Origin: Marsupella aquatica
Lineage: Eukaryota; Plantae; Marchantiophyta
Direction of reading: 5' to 3'
NCBI GenBank assembly: GCA_973895155.1
Contig: OZ316896.1
Location: forward strand, 7,697,278-7,761,277
DNA: 64,000 nt
A program made the position numbers and the translations under genes. This document shows positions 25,984 through 37,114 of this stretch, piece after piece. How positions within the stretch are numbered: the stretch's first letter is position 1; every line of letters begins with the position of its first letter. Below the pieces are notes generated by a model. The model did not search any database, had not been told where the DNA came from, and saw only the letters and a program-made list of their open reading frames with translations.

Positions 25984-28900
25984 TCCACCCTCGGCTTTGG
26001 CCTCAGCATCGGCCACGGCCTCCCCGACATGTTCCAGTGATGGATCCGGTACCCCGGCTTCATCACCAAGTATCCTGGCCCCGGCTTCATCATCCCCGCC
26101 TTCTAGGGTAGTTGGATCCTTTGCCGTGACCCTGCATGAGGTTGGTGCTGGGTGGTACCTCCTTGGTCACGATGGCTTGAGGAGCCGTATTACTCCCTGG
26201 CCTAGAAGGTTTCCGCTTCTTCTTCTTCTTCTTTGGTTCGGCAGCTAGCCCCTTCCCCTTGCCACTTACCTCCGGCACTGGTGCGAGTGTCTCGGCTTGT
26301 CCTTCGGCCAGTACTACTCCTAGTAACTTGGTTGCCCCAATTGGAGTTGGACCTTAGGAAGACAAGCACTTAAATACTGCGGCCTGTTTCTTCAATCGCT
26401 CCATTTGGTTGTCGGCTCGCCGCTGTAAGTTCTCCATCTTCCGCGTGCTTTCCTCCAACTCCTCCTGCAATTCATCTAGGTCCTTACGTGCCTCCTCCCG
26501 CTCCTTGTGGGCTTCCTCCAATTCCTTCTTTAAGGTAGCCCTCTCCTCCTGGGTTGCTCTCAGCTCCTTGTCGAGCTCCGTAACGACCTCAGACTCCATT
26601 TTATTCATCTTGGCATAAGTCTGGTCAAGCTGGTCATCTTTCTCGCGAAGGTCGGCCTTGAAGCTGGCCGTCATGGATGCGAGCTCCTGCCGCAGCACGA
26701 TAATCGCCTGATAGGATTTCCCTAACTTGGCCTCCTTCTGCTCAAGGGCTCCGCGCATATCCTCAAGTTCCCCCTTCAGCGCCCTTTCCCTTCTCTGAGT
26801 TTCCGCCATGGCCCAATTGTTGGCTGCTATATGGGCCTCCTCTGCGTCTCTCAGCTCTCGCTTCCACTTCTCCTTCTCCTTGATCGAATCGGCCAACTCA
26901 CCTTGGGTCCGAGTCAGTTTATCCTTGATAATCTGATTATCAGATTGCGTGGTATCCAATTGCCCTTGCATGATGTTGAGCTCATGCCGCTTAATTCGTA
27001 GCTCATCTTGGGCTTTCTTGGATGCCTTCAGGTCTTCTACCTCGGCTTCCCTTGCCCTAAGCCGACGGATGACCTCGTCCTTCTTGCTTCTCTCCAAAGC
27101 CACCGCTTCTTCTAATCGGTGCTTCTCCAACATATCCCTCTGGAAAAAAGGTCCCTGCTCCAACTCCTCCCCAAAGATGCCGAGCGCAAGTTTCCCACAC
27201 ATCTCCCTGTACTCCATGGCTCGTTCATTAGCATAGGCAGAGTGAGCAGAAGTCATCGGCATCATCCACCGTGGCCTTTGTTCCCAGGCAGCCTTGCAAA
27301 TTTCTTCTATCGTGGCTGGCGGGCTGCTTTGTTTTTTTGCAAGCCGCCGGATGTCCTCTGGCCATTCTTCTCCTGGTAAATCCTTCTCCCTAGCCAGGGC
27401 TGCCTCCTCTTCCTCCCTGAGTTGTTCCTGAAACTCCTATGCCGTCTATTTTATGCCGTCAAAGCTCGGGGGAGCAACATCTGGTGGGGGAGACTCGGGG
27501 CTACTATGCTGGGTCGGGTCCCCTCGAACTACTCTTGGAAGAGTGGGGATGAACTTGCCACAGGTCCTTATTCCTGGAACATGATGGTCCGACCCGTAGC
27601 CGGAGTCATCATTGTCGTAGCCTTCTACCGCCTCCTCCTTGGCTTGGACTACCGGCTCCCTCCTCTGCTATCCTGGTCTTGCCGTGAACACAACCCCACA
27701 GATCACGGGTCCTGGTTCCTCCGGCTTCCACGTTGATCTCATCTTCTCCCTGTCGTGACGAGGGGCTTTGGGCTGCTTTTCCTTGGCTTCGGGACTTGAA
27801 GCTCCTACATACATTCAGACTCGCGGCTCATGTTCCGGCCTCCTTCTCTCCTTGGCCCCGGTAAAGGGGTTTTCCCTTGTAAGTTGGCTAAGGCCGACTT
27901 TGGGAGCAGTATTCTGTACTAGTCCCATTGCCGTTGCCGTTCTCCTTTCCTTCTCCAGCAATTTCAGCAGATTCTGCATGCCTGGTTGCTGCATCGGCAA
28001 GTCCTCCTTTCTTGGCCTAAACACCTGCTCAATTGTAGGACTGTCGGGCTGGGTCGGTTTGTCTGTTGCCGGCCTTGGTTCCGGAACCTCCTTTGGTGCT
28101 CTTGCCTATAGGGGCAGTTCGGGGCGAATATCTGACTTTGGGCATACCGGCACAATAGCGGCATGTGATAACCAAGCCGGGACACGCTTCCCATGCCGAT
28201 CACCAGCTGTTCCTCATTCAAGATCTTCTTTAGTTGGGTGAGGAGGTACCCGTTGTAGTCTCGGCTTGGGTCTGGCCTCTCTGCCAGATAGACCTGTGCC
28301 TTGCCGATCTCTGCCCTCGGCAAGTTACAATGCATGGTCACCCGCAAGAAATCAATCATTTCTCCTATGTGCGGGTTTGTGCAGGTGTTTTGGAAGAAGC
28401 CATTCTTTGTTGATGGCCCTGGAAATGACCGAAACTCCTTGTCTGGCAAGGTCTTCCTAGTATCTACTTTGGTCTTATTGCCCATCGGCAAGCCAAACAC
28501 TTTGGCAATCACCCGGGGAGTGAGATAGAAATCCTTCCCATACACCCTTGTGGAATTGGTCTCGGGCTCCCATGATCCCATGAATTCCAGTAAGTCTGAA
28601 TCCGGCACCTCCGGCTTCAGCCATGGTAACTTTACGAATGCTTCCAAGCCGGATCCGGCCATGAAGCCCTGGTATTTCCGAGTCTGCATAGCCGTAAAGC
28701 ATGCATCCTCTTCCCACGCAAAGTGTAATTGCACCTCCTCGGGGAGGGTCACCGCCCAGCCTTTCCAGGTGTCATCTCTTGTTGGAACGACATTGACAGG
28801 GTCGACCTCCTCCTCTTCGCTTCCACCTGCCTCCTGCTTCCCTGCTCTGCTGGTTTCCTAGGTGCCGCCGACCTCATTCTTTTCGCAGGGATGGCTTCTT

Positions 28901-29278
28901 CGTTGTTGTTCCCTTTCCTCTTCATAGCGGCTGCCGTGGATGTTTCTCCTAGCACGGTTGCCTTTGTCCACCCCTCCATGCTACCCTTCAGCTCCCAGTG
29001 TATGTCGTTGCAGCGGTTGATGGCCTCCCGGATGCCGACTATCTTGTTCTCACAAAACAGAAGATCGTCGAGTTCGTCGGCAGTAGGCATCCACAAGAAT
29101 TCAGCCTAATGAGTTTTCCTCCTAAGAAAGTAGACTTCTGCAGCTCCCACAGCCGAGCGAGCTCCTGTCGTTCTCGAGCCGCTCTCTCTGATTCTTTGTC
29201 CTCGTAGGTCCCAATGTACTCAGTTGCCCGTTCTAACAGGCATCCCCAAAAATGAGCAGCTTGATTGACGTTGTTCAT
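25984..29278 (-). pseudogene. LTR-encoded PMD-like/coiled-coil ORF (older solo LTR copy, several frameshifts and stops)
   Basis: ORF pieces 29039-29545, 28749-29096, 27964-28752 and 26354-27265 are colinear homologues of the younger copies. Confidence 0.85.
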
Positions 29279-29718
29279 ACCCTTCTTGAGTTGATTGTCG
29301 GTATCTGCTTCCACCCCAAGTGCTTGCCTGAGCAACGGACAGCAGTTGGCCTCCTGTAGTCGTCCGCTTGGCTTGTGTTTGCAAATGAGCCGCCAGTCCT
29401 TGCGCTCGGTCCTTACCCCCCCCCTTTGGCTGGTCTTCCTTCCGTTAGTTACCCATAGCCGTTGGTACTTAGCGCACCCTAACCCTAATCGTGTTCCCTC
29501 CCCCGGCGTCCTTACTTTCGGCCTCGGCTTGGGTTCTATAGTCACCCTTAATTGTTTATATTTCCCTATCTTTGTTACTATACTAAGGTGTTTCCTAGGG
29601 TATATTCCTGATTTTCTATTTAAACTGGCCTAATGATTCCTGGCTAGGCATCACAGTTAATCACTAGATCAAGCTTCCTATCTAGTCAGTGATCAGTGAA
29701 ATTTGTAGACATTTTGCG

Positions 29719-30452
29719 TCAATGAATCAGATACTTATAACATACACATACCGTTTGAAGCATGGATAAATGGGTATCAAAGAATTTGCTGTGTTGTCCA
29801 CACGGAATGTAGAAGCCACCAAACTTATCACAGGAAAATAGGTTTGACTCCAAGTATATATGTAATTTGGATTTTGTAGAGCTTGAATGGGTTCCTTTTG
29901 GCAATTTCCAAAATTTTTCCCCTGCCAAATATCCAAGCATCATCTCTTCTGCATTTTCCGCCCTTCTGCCTTTGGCTAATTGCTGTGGTTGTTGCTTGGT
30001 CACAGACAGCATACAAAATCATCTCAAATTCTGGTCTTTCATTCAAGTCTAGAAGCTCCAAAACATCTTCTGATTGAATGTCAATGGGTACCTAAACACC
30101 CATCAATGCCTCCTTAGATTTGGTCTTTGGGCACTCAATATGTCCGTTTGCACGCGCCATGCATATCATAATAGGTGCACAAACTTAAAGTACAAACGCA
30201 TGCACAAAAATCATAAAATGAAAGTTTGAGAAAGCCAACAAAGACAAGTTTGGCTCACGCAATTTTGATATCTTCTTTTGTTCGGCCTTGGTGTACTGTC
30301 TCATGCTTTCGATTCAGGATTGCATCAAAAATGTCTTTCAACTTCCAACACAATTGACTCATAGTGCCAACCTCGTCATCAACAAACACAAGAGGAAAAA
30401 GTTCTCCCATACTCGTACCATTCATTGCAAACATCAATGTTTTGAACAACAA
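29719..30452 (-). pseudogene. Possible degraded coding fragment of unknown family
   Basis: Overlapping short ORFs with protein-like composition (GYLAGEKFWKLPKG...FYIPCGQHSKF); no motif confidently recognised. Confidence 0.25.
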
Positions 30453-30712
30453 GCCTTAAAGGTTGGGTACTAAGCCTAAACTATAAGAACTCTTGCTCAA
30501 AAATCACAAAAATCTGTAAAAATGCCAAAAATGCTCCTAAAAACCTCCTTTTGGGGGGCATAAACTCTTGAAGGCTAAGTGTTATGGTGGTTTCCATAAA
30601 TGTGTTTGGTAAAATATTTACAAATCTTGAGTATTTTTAGTTTTGCATTCATGATTTCATGATGTTCAGTTTTTAAAAATAAATTTGTAATTTCATCTTT
30701 CACTTTTTGCAG

Positions 30713-31065
30713 GGTGAAAGATAATGTTCCAAAAATGTTGGAGGTGCAAGGCTCAATAGCAACTTTGAGTGCTTTACAAATTTTGGCTTTCATAGTCAGG
30801 ATGGGAAGATCGAGATCTTTGGAGCATTTCAATTCTAATAGTAATGAGTCCAGGAATCATGTAGTTCTATGTCCAACTGTGACCAATAAGTTGAAACATA
30901 ACGGGGACAGTAAAATGGTGAACTTTTACCCAAAACCCAGAGACTTATTGTTGGATTGGGAAGTGGCTCATTTAAGTCAGGTTGGAGATTGGGTTCTAGA
31001 TCTGTGTTCAGGGTCGGGAATAGGATTGTTATCATCTTTGGCAATGGAAAGACGTACATTGTGTT
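30713..31065 (+). pseudogene. Beta-class amino DNA methyltransferase (N6_N4_Mtase-like) exon, left part
   Basis: Acceptor TTTTTGCAG ending at 30712; across small frameshifts reads (W)VKDNV..NVGGARLNSNFECF, then VNFYPKPRDLL...SQVGDWVLDLCSGSG (motifs X and I), then HCV at the CACTA junction. Confidence 0.8.
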
Positions 31066-31075
31066 CACTACAACA

Positions 31076-31565
31076 TATTTGACACTTTTGCAAAGGTATT
31101 TTTGTCGACGCTCTTGTATTTCCGATGGGCGGCGCTTTGCATAATTTGCAAATCAACCCGCATCGCAATTTGTGATTCTATCCCTATCGCAAATATAATA
31201 CTTGAAGCGCATTATATCGCTAATACGTTGCGAAGTAAGTGGTTTTCCAAGTTTTACCGAAACGCGCCGAATGGAAAGGCGCCTTCTGAAGATGGGAAAA
31301 TTGCTCGCCGACTCCGAAACTAACTCATGTAAATATTTTCGAAGAAGGTTGGATTGAAAATGTTTTGCGATAGTAGTTGTTTGACAAGTTTAAGAATGTC
31401 GGAGGATGGAAGATTTGCGAAACAGTGAGAATATGAAATTTGTGATTGATTTTGCATCACAAGTTTGCGAAGAGTATAGTATGGAAATATTGAGAAACGA
31501 GAAGCTTCATAGAAATTGCGAGTCCGGTGAGAGTTTGTGAGCTTCGCAAATTGTTCGCAAACTAA
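31076..31565. repeat. CACTA-2 left subterminal region with dispersed TCGCAA/TTGCGA motifs
   Basis: Many direct and inverted copies, e.g. 31163, 31187, 31228, 31365, 31415, 31465, 31544, 31555. Confidence 0.75.
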
Positions 31566-32025
31566 AAATTAAGATTATTGTGAGGTGAGACAATGAAGAG
31601 GGTGGATGGTCCAATATATGGATGGGGCAGGAGGGAAGAGGAAGGGAGGATGGAGGGAGGTACAATGAAGGATGGAAAAGGGAGGGAGTACAATGGAAGA
31701 GGAAGGAGGGAGGAGAAAGAGGAAGGGAGGAGGAGGGACAGACGTACCACGGAGGAGGGAAACACGAGGGTGAGAATAAAAATTATGGAATAAGTAGGAA
31801 ATAAAGTTATATTGAGCAATAGAGGTTAGATAGAAAGTTGCATGTAAAATTCACAAGTGATCACAATAAAACAATACAATACATATGTCATGAGTATGAC
31901 TCATTCAAAAGTGAATGGCAAATATAAATATAGACAATACTTTTTTTATATCATCAAACATGAACAAATCAAATATAACATGAACAAATGTCTAGGCTGG
32001 ACCCAAGTGCATATAAATATGTCCC

Positions 32026-33230
32026 TCACACTTGGTCCTCATCGGCCTCAAGGTCATCTAGGTCTGATACAATAACATTTGGCTTCTCAGAAACAATGGA
32101 ACGAGAACGTGGCACATAGGTGATGACAATTGACCACTCGGTGTTTAAGGGGTATGGAATGTAGAAACATTGCTCCAAGTGTGATGGGAAAGCAAATGGT
32201 TCTGACGTTTGCCAATGAGATGCTTGAACACTAGTGGCACTTGTCTTCAACCGTGTAAACCCACTCTCATCTTGAAGTACACTGCAATTTTGACCAACAA
32301 GGTTCACTTTGAACCACTTGCACTTGAAGACATATTCCTCAAACTTTGAATGGTTGTCATATGATACCACCAAGATCTCCTCTATCTTCCCATAGTGTGG
32401 CACAACATCTCTAACAATGTTCCTATCATGGCGGCTGCTTCTGGAGTCTTGAGAAAATTCCCCTTGAACTCCACAATCAAAAGTACGACCCCTCTTCTCA
32501 TCAAGGGAAGAAACCCTGAAATTAACAAAACCCACAAATTTTTATTACACAAAAGATACCATTAATGTAATAATCATCAAAATATGACACCCATCCCTAA
32601 ATAGCCAAAACCCACATGGCCTATGGCATAAATATAGAAGCCAACATTACAGTTATGGATGTCATTAATGATAATAGAAAGTTTTTAAACAATAGAAATA
32701 ACTAATCAAAATAAAGTCTACATGAATTAATAGAGGAAGAAAGGTTAGGTACTAGTGGACCTGAAGTGTCTCCCTTGTGTCCACATAGCCGTCTTGGATG
32801 TCACCACTCTCAAAGGGCCATGAACAATGGTCCGAACGTCATCTGTGATGGTAGGAAAGTGGGACACATCTCCTCCTTGTGTCACCATGTCATCCAACTC
32901 AAGCAACTTTTGCTTCATATACTCATGCATCTTAGGAAAAATTCTTGCTCTTTGACTTGTTCTCTTGGCATTCTCATAAAACTCTCTCCATTTCTCCATG
33001 ATATTACTATTACTCAACATAAATGTTGTCAACTGTGACCACTCTGTTGATGTCAACATGCGTGTTTTTGTGGCACCTGTTAAACGGTCCTCCTCCTCTT
33101 CTCTTTCCTCCATCCAAGTACGTGGACAAGTAGGATCAATGGTGGCCAAGATGTTACTACAATAAAACATACTCTCTGCTGCCAAGTATCCTGTAGCTAT
33201 GCTTCCCTCCACCCGTGCACGGTTACGTAC
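32026..33230 (-). pseudogene. CACTA-2 transposase 3' exons (end of DUF4218, DUF4216); predicted intron 32516-32760
   Basis: VRNRARVEGSIATGYLAAESMFYC continues the frame from 48002 across the gypsy insertion; YGKIEEILVVSY..VFKCKWF..EPFAFPSHLEQCFY. Confidence 0.88.
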
Positions 33231-36200
33231 TGTGGTGCGTCCCATGGCTCCCTAAACCCAAGAAACCCCCCAGCTCAAGCCGATTCCCGCAGGTTTCGCG
33301 CTTGGCGAGGCCGTTTCCGCGGCTTAGCGGCATGGGACGCTGCTAACCTTCTACTACTACTGTTAACATTTTACACACATATACTGGACAGATCCTTCAT
33401 CAGGTCATGAGATACGTAGCCGGCCTAATCTAGGCCTTCCCCTGTCTTCCCCTCCGTCTTGTTAGGTATGTTTGGATTCCGCCGCCGGAATGATCCCCAA
33501 TAGGCTTGGTTAAGCCGCTAAGACCTCTCTCAGCTCAACACATCCAACTCTCACTCCCCTGCTTACTTTCCTTCCTTCTGTTGATGTGGGCACTCTTCAC
33601 ACAAGTTAATGCGACACACAAATAGCAAAATGACTCATTCTGACTGAGTCATACCATGCACTTGCCATACAAACAGTACATCTCATACACAAGCTCTGCG
33701 AACTAAGCCGTGAGGCCAACTCTATTCAGCTCTTAGGCATGAGGAAACATGAATATACACAAGGGTCACTGTATGACTAACCGAGAGCTTCTCGTACTAC
33801 TTGATCCCAGCCCGGCTGGTGCAAACTAAAAACTTGCTAAAGAAGAGGCCCTGAGCTCCCCGCTGCCCAGGTACTTATCCTGGTAGTGGATCCGCCATTC
33901 TTTGCATCGTAAGCCTAATCTACCTAACAGTAATCTACTTGCCCGAATCTACCTATGTACAGCAAGGCAGGAGCACAAGTGTTGCTCCTACCAGTGAAAC
34001 CGCAATCCCACTAAGCTAAGTGTCAGGGCCGCTCCTGGTCCTGATCCTAATCCTAAACTTGGAGATCAGCGCCCGCCCTGCCCACTCACGCCTCCTCCCT
34101 CCACGTCCGCCCTCCCTAAAAGGAACGGCGCCCTTGCACCGTCACGACACCGGTGGAGGATCCTTAATGGACGCCCCCAACGCTTCCTCCTCAGCCACTG
34201 CCGTAGGTTCATTCTCTGACAGATTACCTGCCCTTGACTGAGTCAACTCTCCATCGGCTTGGCAGGGTCCACCATCGGCGTCGGCATCGGCTCGGGAATC
34301 GGTTACGGCCTCAGCCTCGGCTACGGTCTCCCCGGCCTGCTCAAGAGGCGGATCTGGAATACCGGCCTCATTACTGAGTAGTTCGGCTTGGGCCGCACCA
34401 CCCCCACCTGTGATGATAGCGGGATCTATTGCCGTATTCATGCCGGAGGATGGTGCTGGTTCTACCTCCTTGGTCACCACGGCTTGTGGAGTCGGATTAC
34501 TCCTTGACCCTGAAGGTTTCCGCTTTTTCTTCTTTTCTGGTTCGGCAGTTGGTCCCTTCCCCTTCCCACTTACTTCCGGCACTGGTGCAGGTGGCGCGGC
34601 TTTTTCTTCGGCCAGTACCACTCCTGGTAACTTGGTTGCCCCAATTGGAGTTGGGCCTGATGAAGACAAGCACTTAAATACTGCGGCTTGTTTCTTCAGC
34701 CGCTCCGTTTGGTTGTCGGCCCGCCGCTGGAGGTTCTCCATCTTCCTTGTGATTTCCTCCAACTCCTCCTGGGTCTCATCCAGGTCCTTGCGTGCCTCCT
34801 CTAGTTCCTTCTGGGCTTCCTCCCGTTCTTGTTTCAAGGTAGTCCTCTCCTCCCGGGTTGCTCTTAGCTCCTTGTCGAGCTCTGCAATGATGACAGACTC
34901 CATCTGGTTCATCTTGGCGTAAGTCTGATCGAGCATCTCATCCTTCTCCCTTAGGTCGGCCTTGAAGCTGGCCATCAGGGACGCAAGCTCCTGCTGCAGC
35001 GCCATAATCCCTTGATAGGATTTCCCTAACTTGGCCTCCTTCTGCTCAAGGGCTCCACGGATTTTCTCGAGCTCCCCCTTCAACGCCCATTCCTTCAGGG
35101 ACGTGATGGTCCGACCCATAGCCGGAATTATCATGGCTGCAGTCCTCCACTGCCTCCTCTACTTCTTGGCCGTCCGGCTTCTCCCTCTCCTCTTCGTCCG
35201 TAGGAGCTTCAGGCAATTCTGCCTCAGATTCGGAGCTTGAGATTCCCACATACATTCGAACACCTGGCTTGGATTCCGGCCTGATTCTCTCCTTGTCTCC
35301 AGCAAAGGGGTTTTCTCTTGTGAGCCGGTGTAGGCCTACCTTTGTAGTAGTGTCCTGCATTGTTGCCGTTGCCGTTGTTGTTGTCGATGCCGATTTCTTT
35401 TCTTTCTCCAGTAGTTTCAGCAGACTCTACATGCCTGGTTGCTGCATTGGCAAGTCCTCCTTCGTGGGCCTAAACACCTGCTCGATCGTAGGGCTAACAG
35501 GTGGTTGAGGCTTCTCAGCCAACGGCCTCGGCGTTGGAGCTTCCTCGGGTGCCCTTACCTGCAGGGGAAGTACTGGGGCAAAAGTCTGACCTCTGGCATA
35601 CCGGCACAACAGCGGCATGTGATAGCCAAGCCGCGACACGCTCCCCATGCCGATTACCTGCTGATCCTCCTTTAAGATCTTCTTCAATTGGTTGAGGAGG
35701 TACCCGTTGTAGTCCCGGCTTGGGTCTGGCCTTTCTGCCAGATAGACCTGTGCCTTGCCGATCTCTGCCCTCGGCAAGTTACAATGCATGGTCACCCGCA
35801 AGAAGTCGATCATCTCTCCTATGTGCGGGTTGGTGCAGGTGTTCCGGAAGAAGCCATTCTTCGTTGATGGCCCGGGGAACGACCGGAACTCCTTGTCAGG
35901 CAAGGTCTTCCTGGCATCAACTTTGGTCTTATTGCCTATCGGCAAGCCAAACACTTCGGCAATTACCTTGGGAGTAAGATAGAAATCCTTCCCATATATC
36001 CTCGTGCAATTGGTCTCGGGTTCCCATGACCCCACGAATTCTAATAGGTGTGACTCCGGTACCTCCGGCTTCAGCCATGGTAATCTTACAAAGGCCTCTA
36101 AGCCGGATCCGGCCATGAAGCCTTGATACTTCTTGGTCTGCATTGCCGTAAAGCATGCATCCTCCTCACGTGCAAAATGTAGTTGCACTTCCACCGGTAG

Positions 36201-37114
36201 GGTTGCCGTCCAGCCCTTCCAGGTGTCATCCCTGGTTGGAATGGCCTTGATGGGATCGACCTCCTCCTCTTCGGCTTCTCCCTGCCTCCTGCTCTGCTGC
36301 TCGGCTGGCTTCTTTGGTGCCGCCGACCTCGTTCTTTTTGCCGGGGTGGCTTCATCGTTGACGGCTCCCTTCCTCTTCATCTCTGCTGTCGTGGAGGTTT
36401 CTCCTAGCACCGTTGCCTGGGTCCACCTTTCCGTGCTACCCTTTAATTCCCAGTGTATGTCGTTGCAGTTCTTGATGGCCTCTCGGATGCCGACGACGCT
36501 GTCTTTGCAAAACAGAAGATCGTCGAGTTGATTGGAGGTAGGCGTCCACAGGAACTCGTCCTTGATGAGTTCGCCTCCTAAGAAAGCCGTCTTCTGCAGC
36601 TCCCACAATCGAGCGAGCTCCTGCCGTTCTCGAGCTGCCCTTTCTGATTCCTCGTCCTCGTAAGTCTTGATGTACTCAGTAAGTTGCCCGTTCGAACAGG
36701 CATCCCCAGAAATGTGCCGCTTGATTGACGTTGCTCATACCCTCCTTAGGTCGATCGTCGGTATCTACTCTCTCCCTGAGTGCTTGCCTAAGCAGCTGAC
36801 AGTAGTTGGCCTCCCGTAGTCGTCTGCCTAGTTCGTGCTCGCAAATGAGCCACCATCTCCTGCAAGCGCTCCTTACCCCTCTCCTCTGCCGGTCCTTCTT
36901 CCCGTTGATCCTTCCTAGCCGCCGATGCTTAACGCGCCCTAACCCTAATCGAGTTTTCACCCTCAGCGTCCTTACCTCCGGCCTCGGCCCGGGTTCCATG
37001 GTTGCCCCTAATGGTTTATATTTTCCTTGTTTTGTCCCTATACTAAGGTGTTCCTAGGGTGCCTTCCTGCTTTACCCACTTAACTGGCCGAGTGATTCCT
37101 GTCTAGGCATCACA
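33231..37114 (-). repeat. 3' LTR, 3884 bp (about 0.78-kb internal deletion at ~35095)
   Basis: Colinear with 43339-48001 except for loss of ~45205-45991. Confidence 0.95.
34142..36738 (-). pseudogene. LTR-encoded ORF, 3' LTR copy (4-bp insertion ~36680, stop 35427, internal deletion)
   Basis: ORFs 35427-36608 and 34142-35134 are near-identical to the 5' LTR copy. Confidence 0.85.

Larger units (their letters stand above)
20284..29655 (-). mobile_element. Older solo LTR (about 4.7 kb) of the large-LTR gypsy family, interrupted by a younger solo LTR
   Basis: Begins TGTGGTGCGTCCCATGG and ends CTAGGCATCACA like the LTRs at 33231 and 43339; no PBS, PPT or internal domain; flanks GGAAG/GTTAA do not match. 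Confidence 0.88.

Noticed and set aside
30713-31065. Bacterial contamination as source of the MTase
   Set aside because: It has a spliceosomal acceptor, is decayed, and is split by a plant CACTA with a perfect TSD.
31590-31790. GA-rich ORFs
   Set aside because: Low-complexity purine tract in the CACTA-2 non-coding end.
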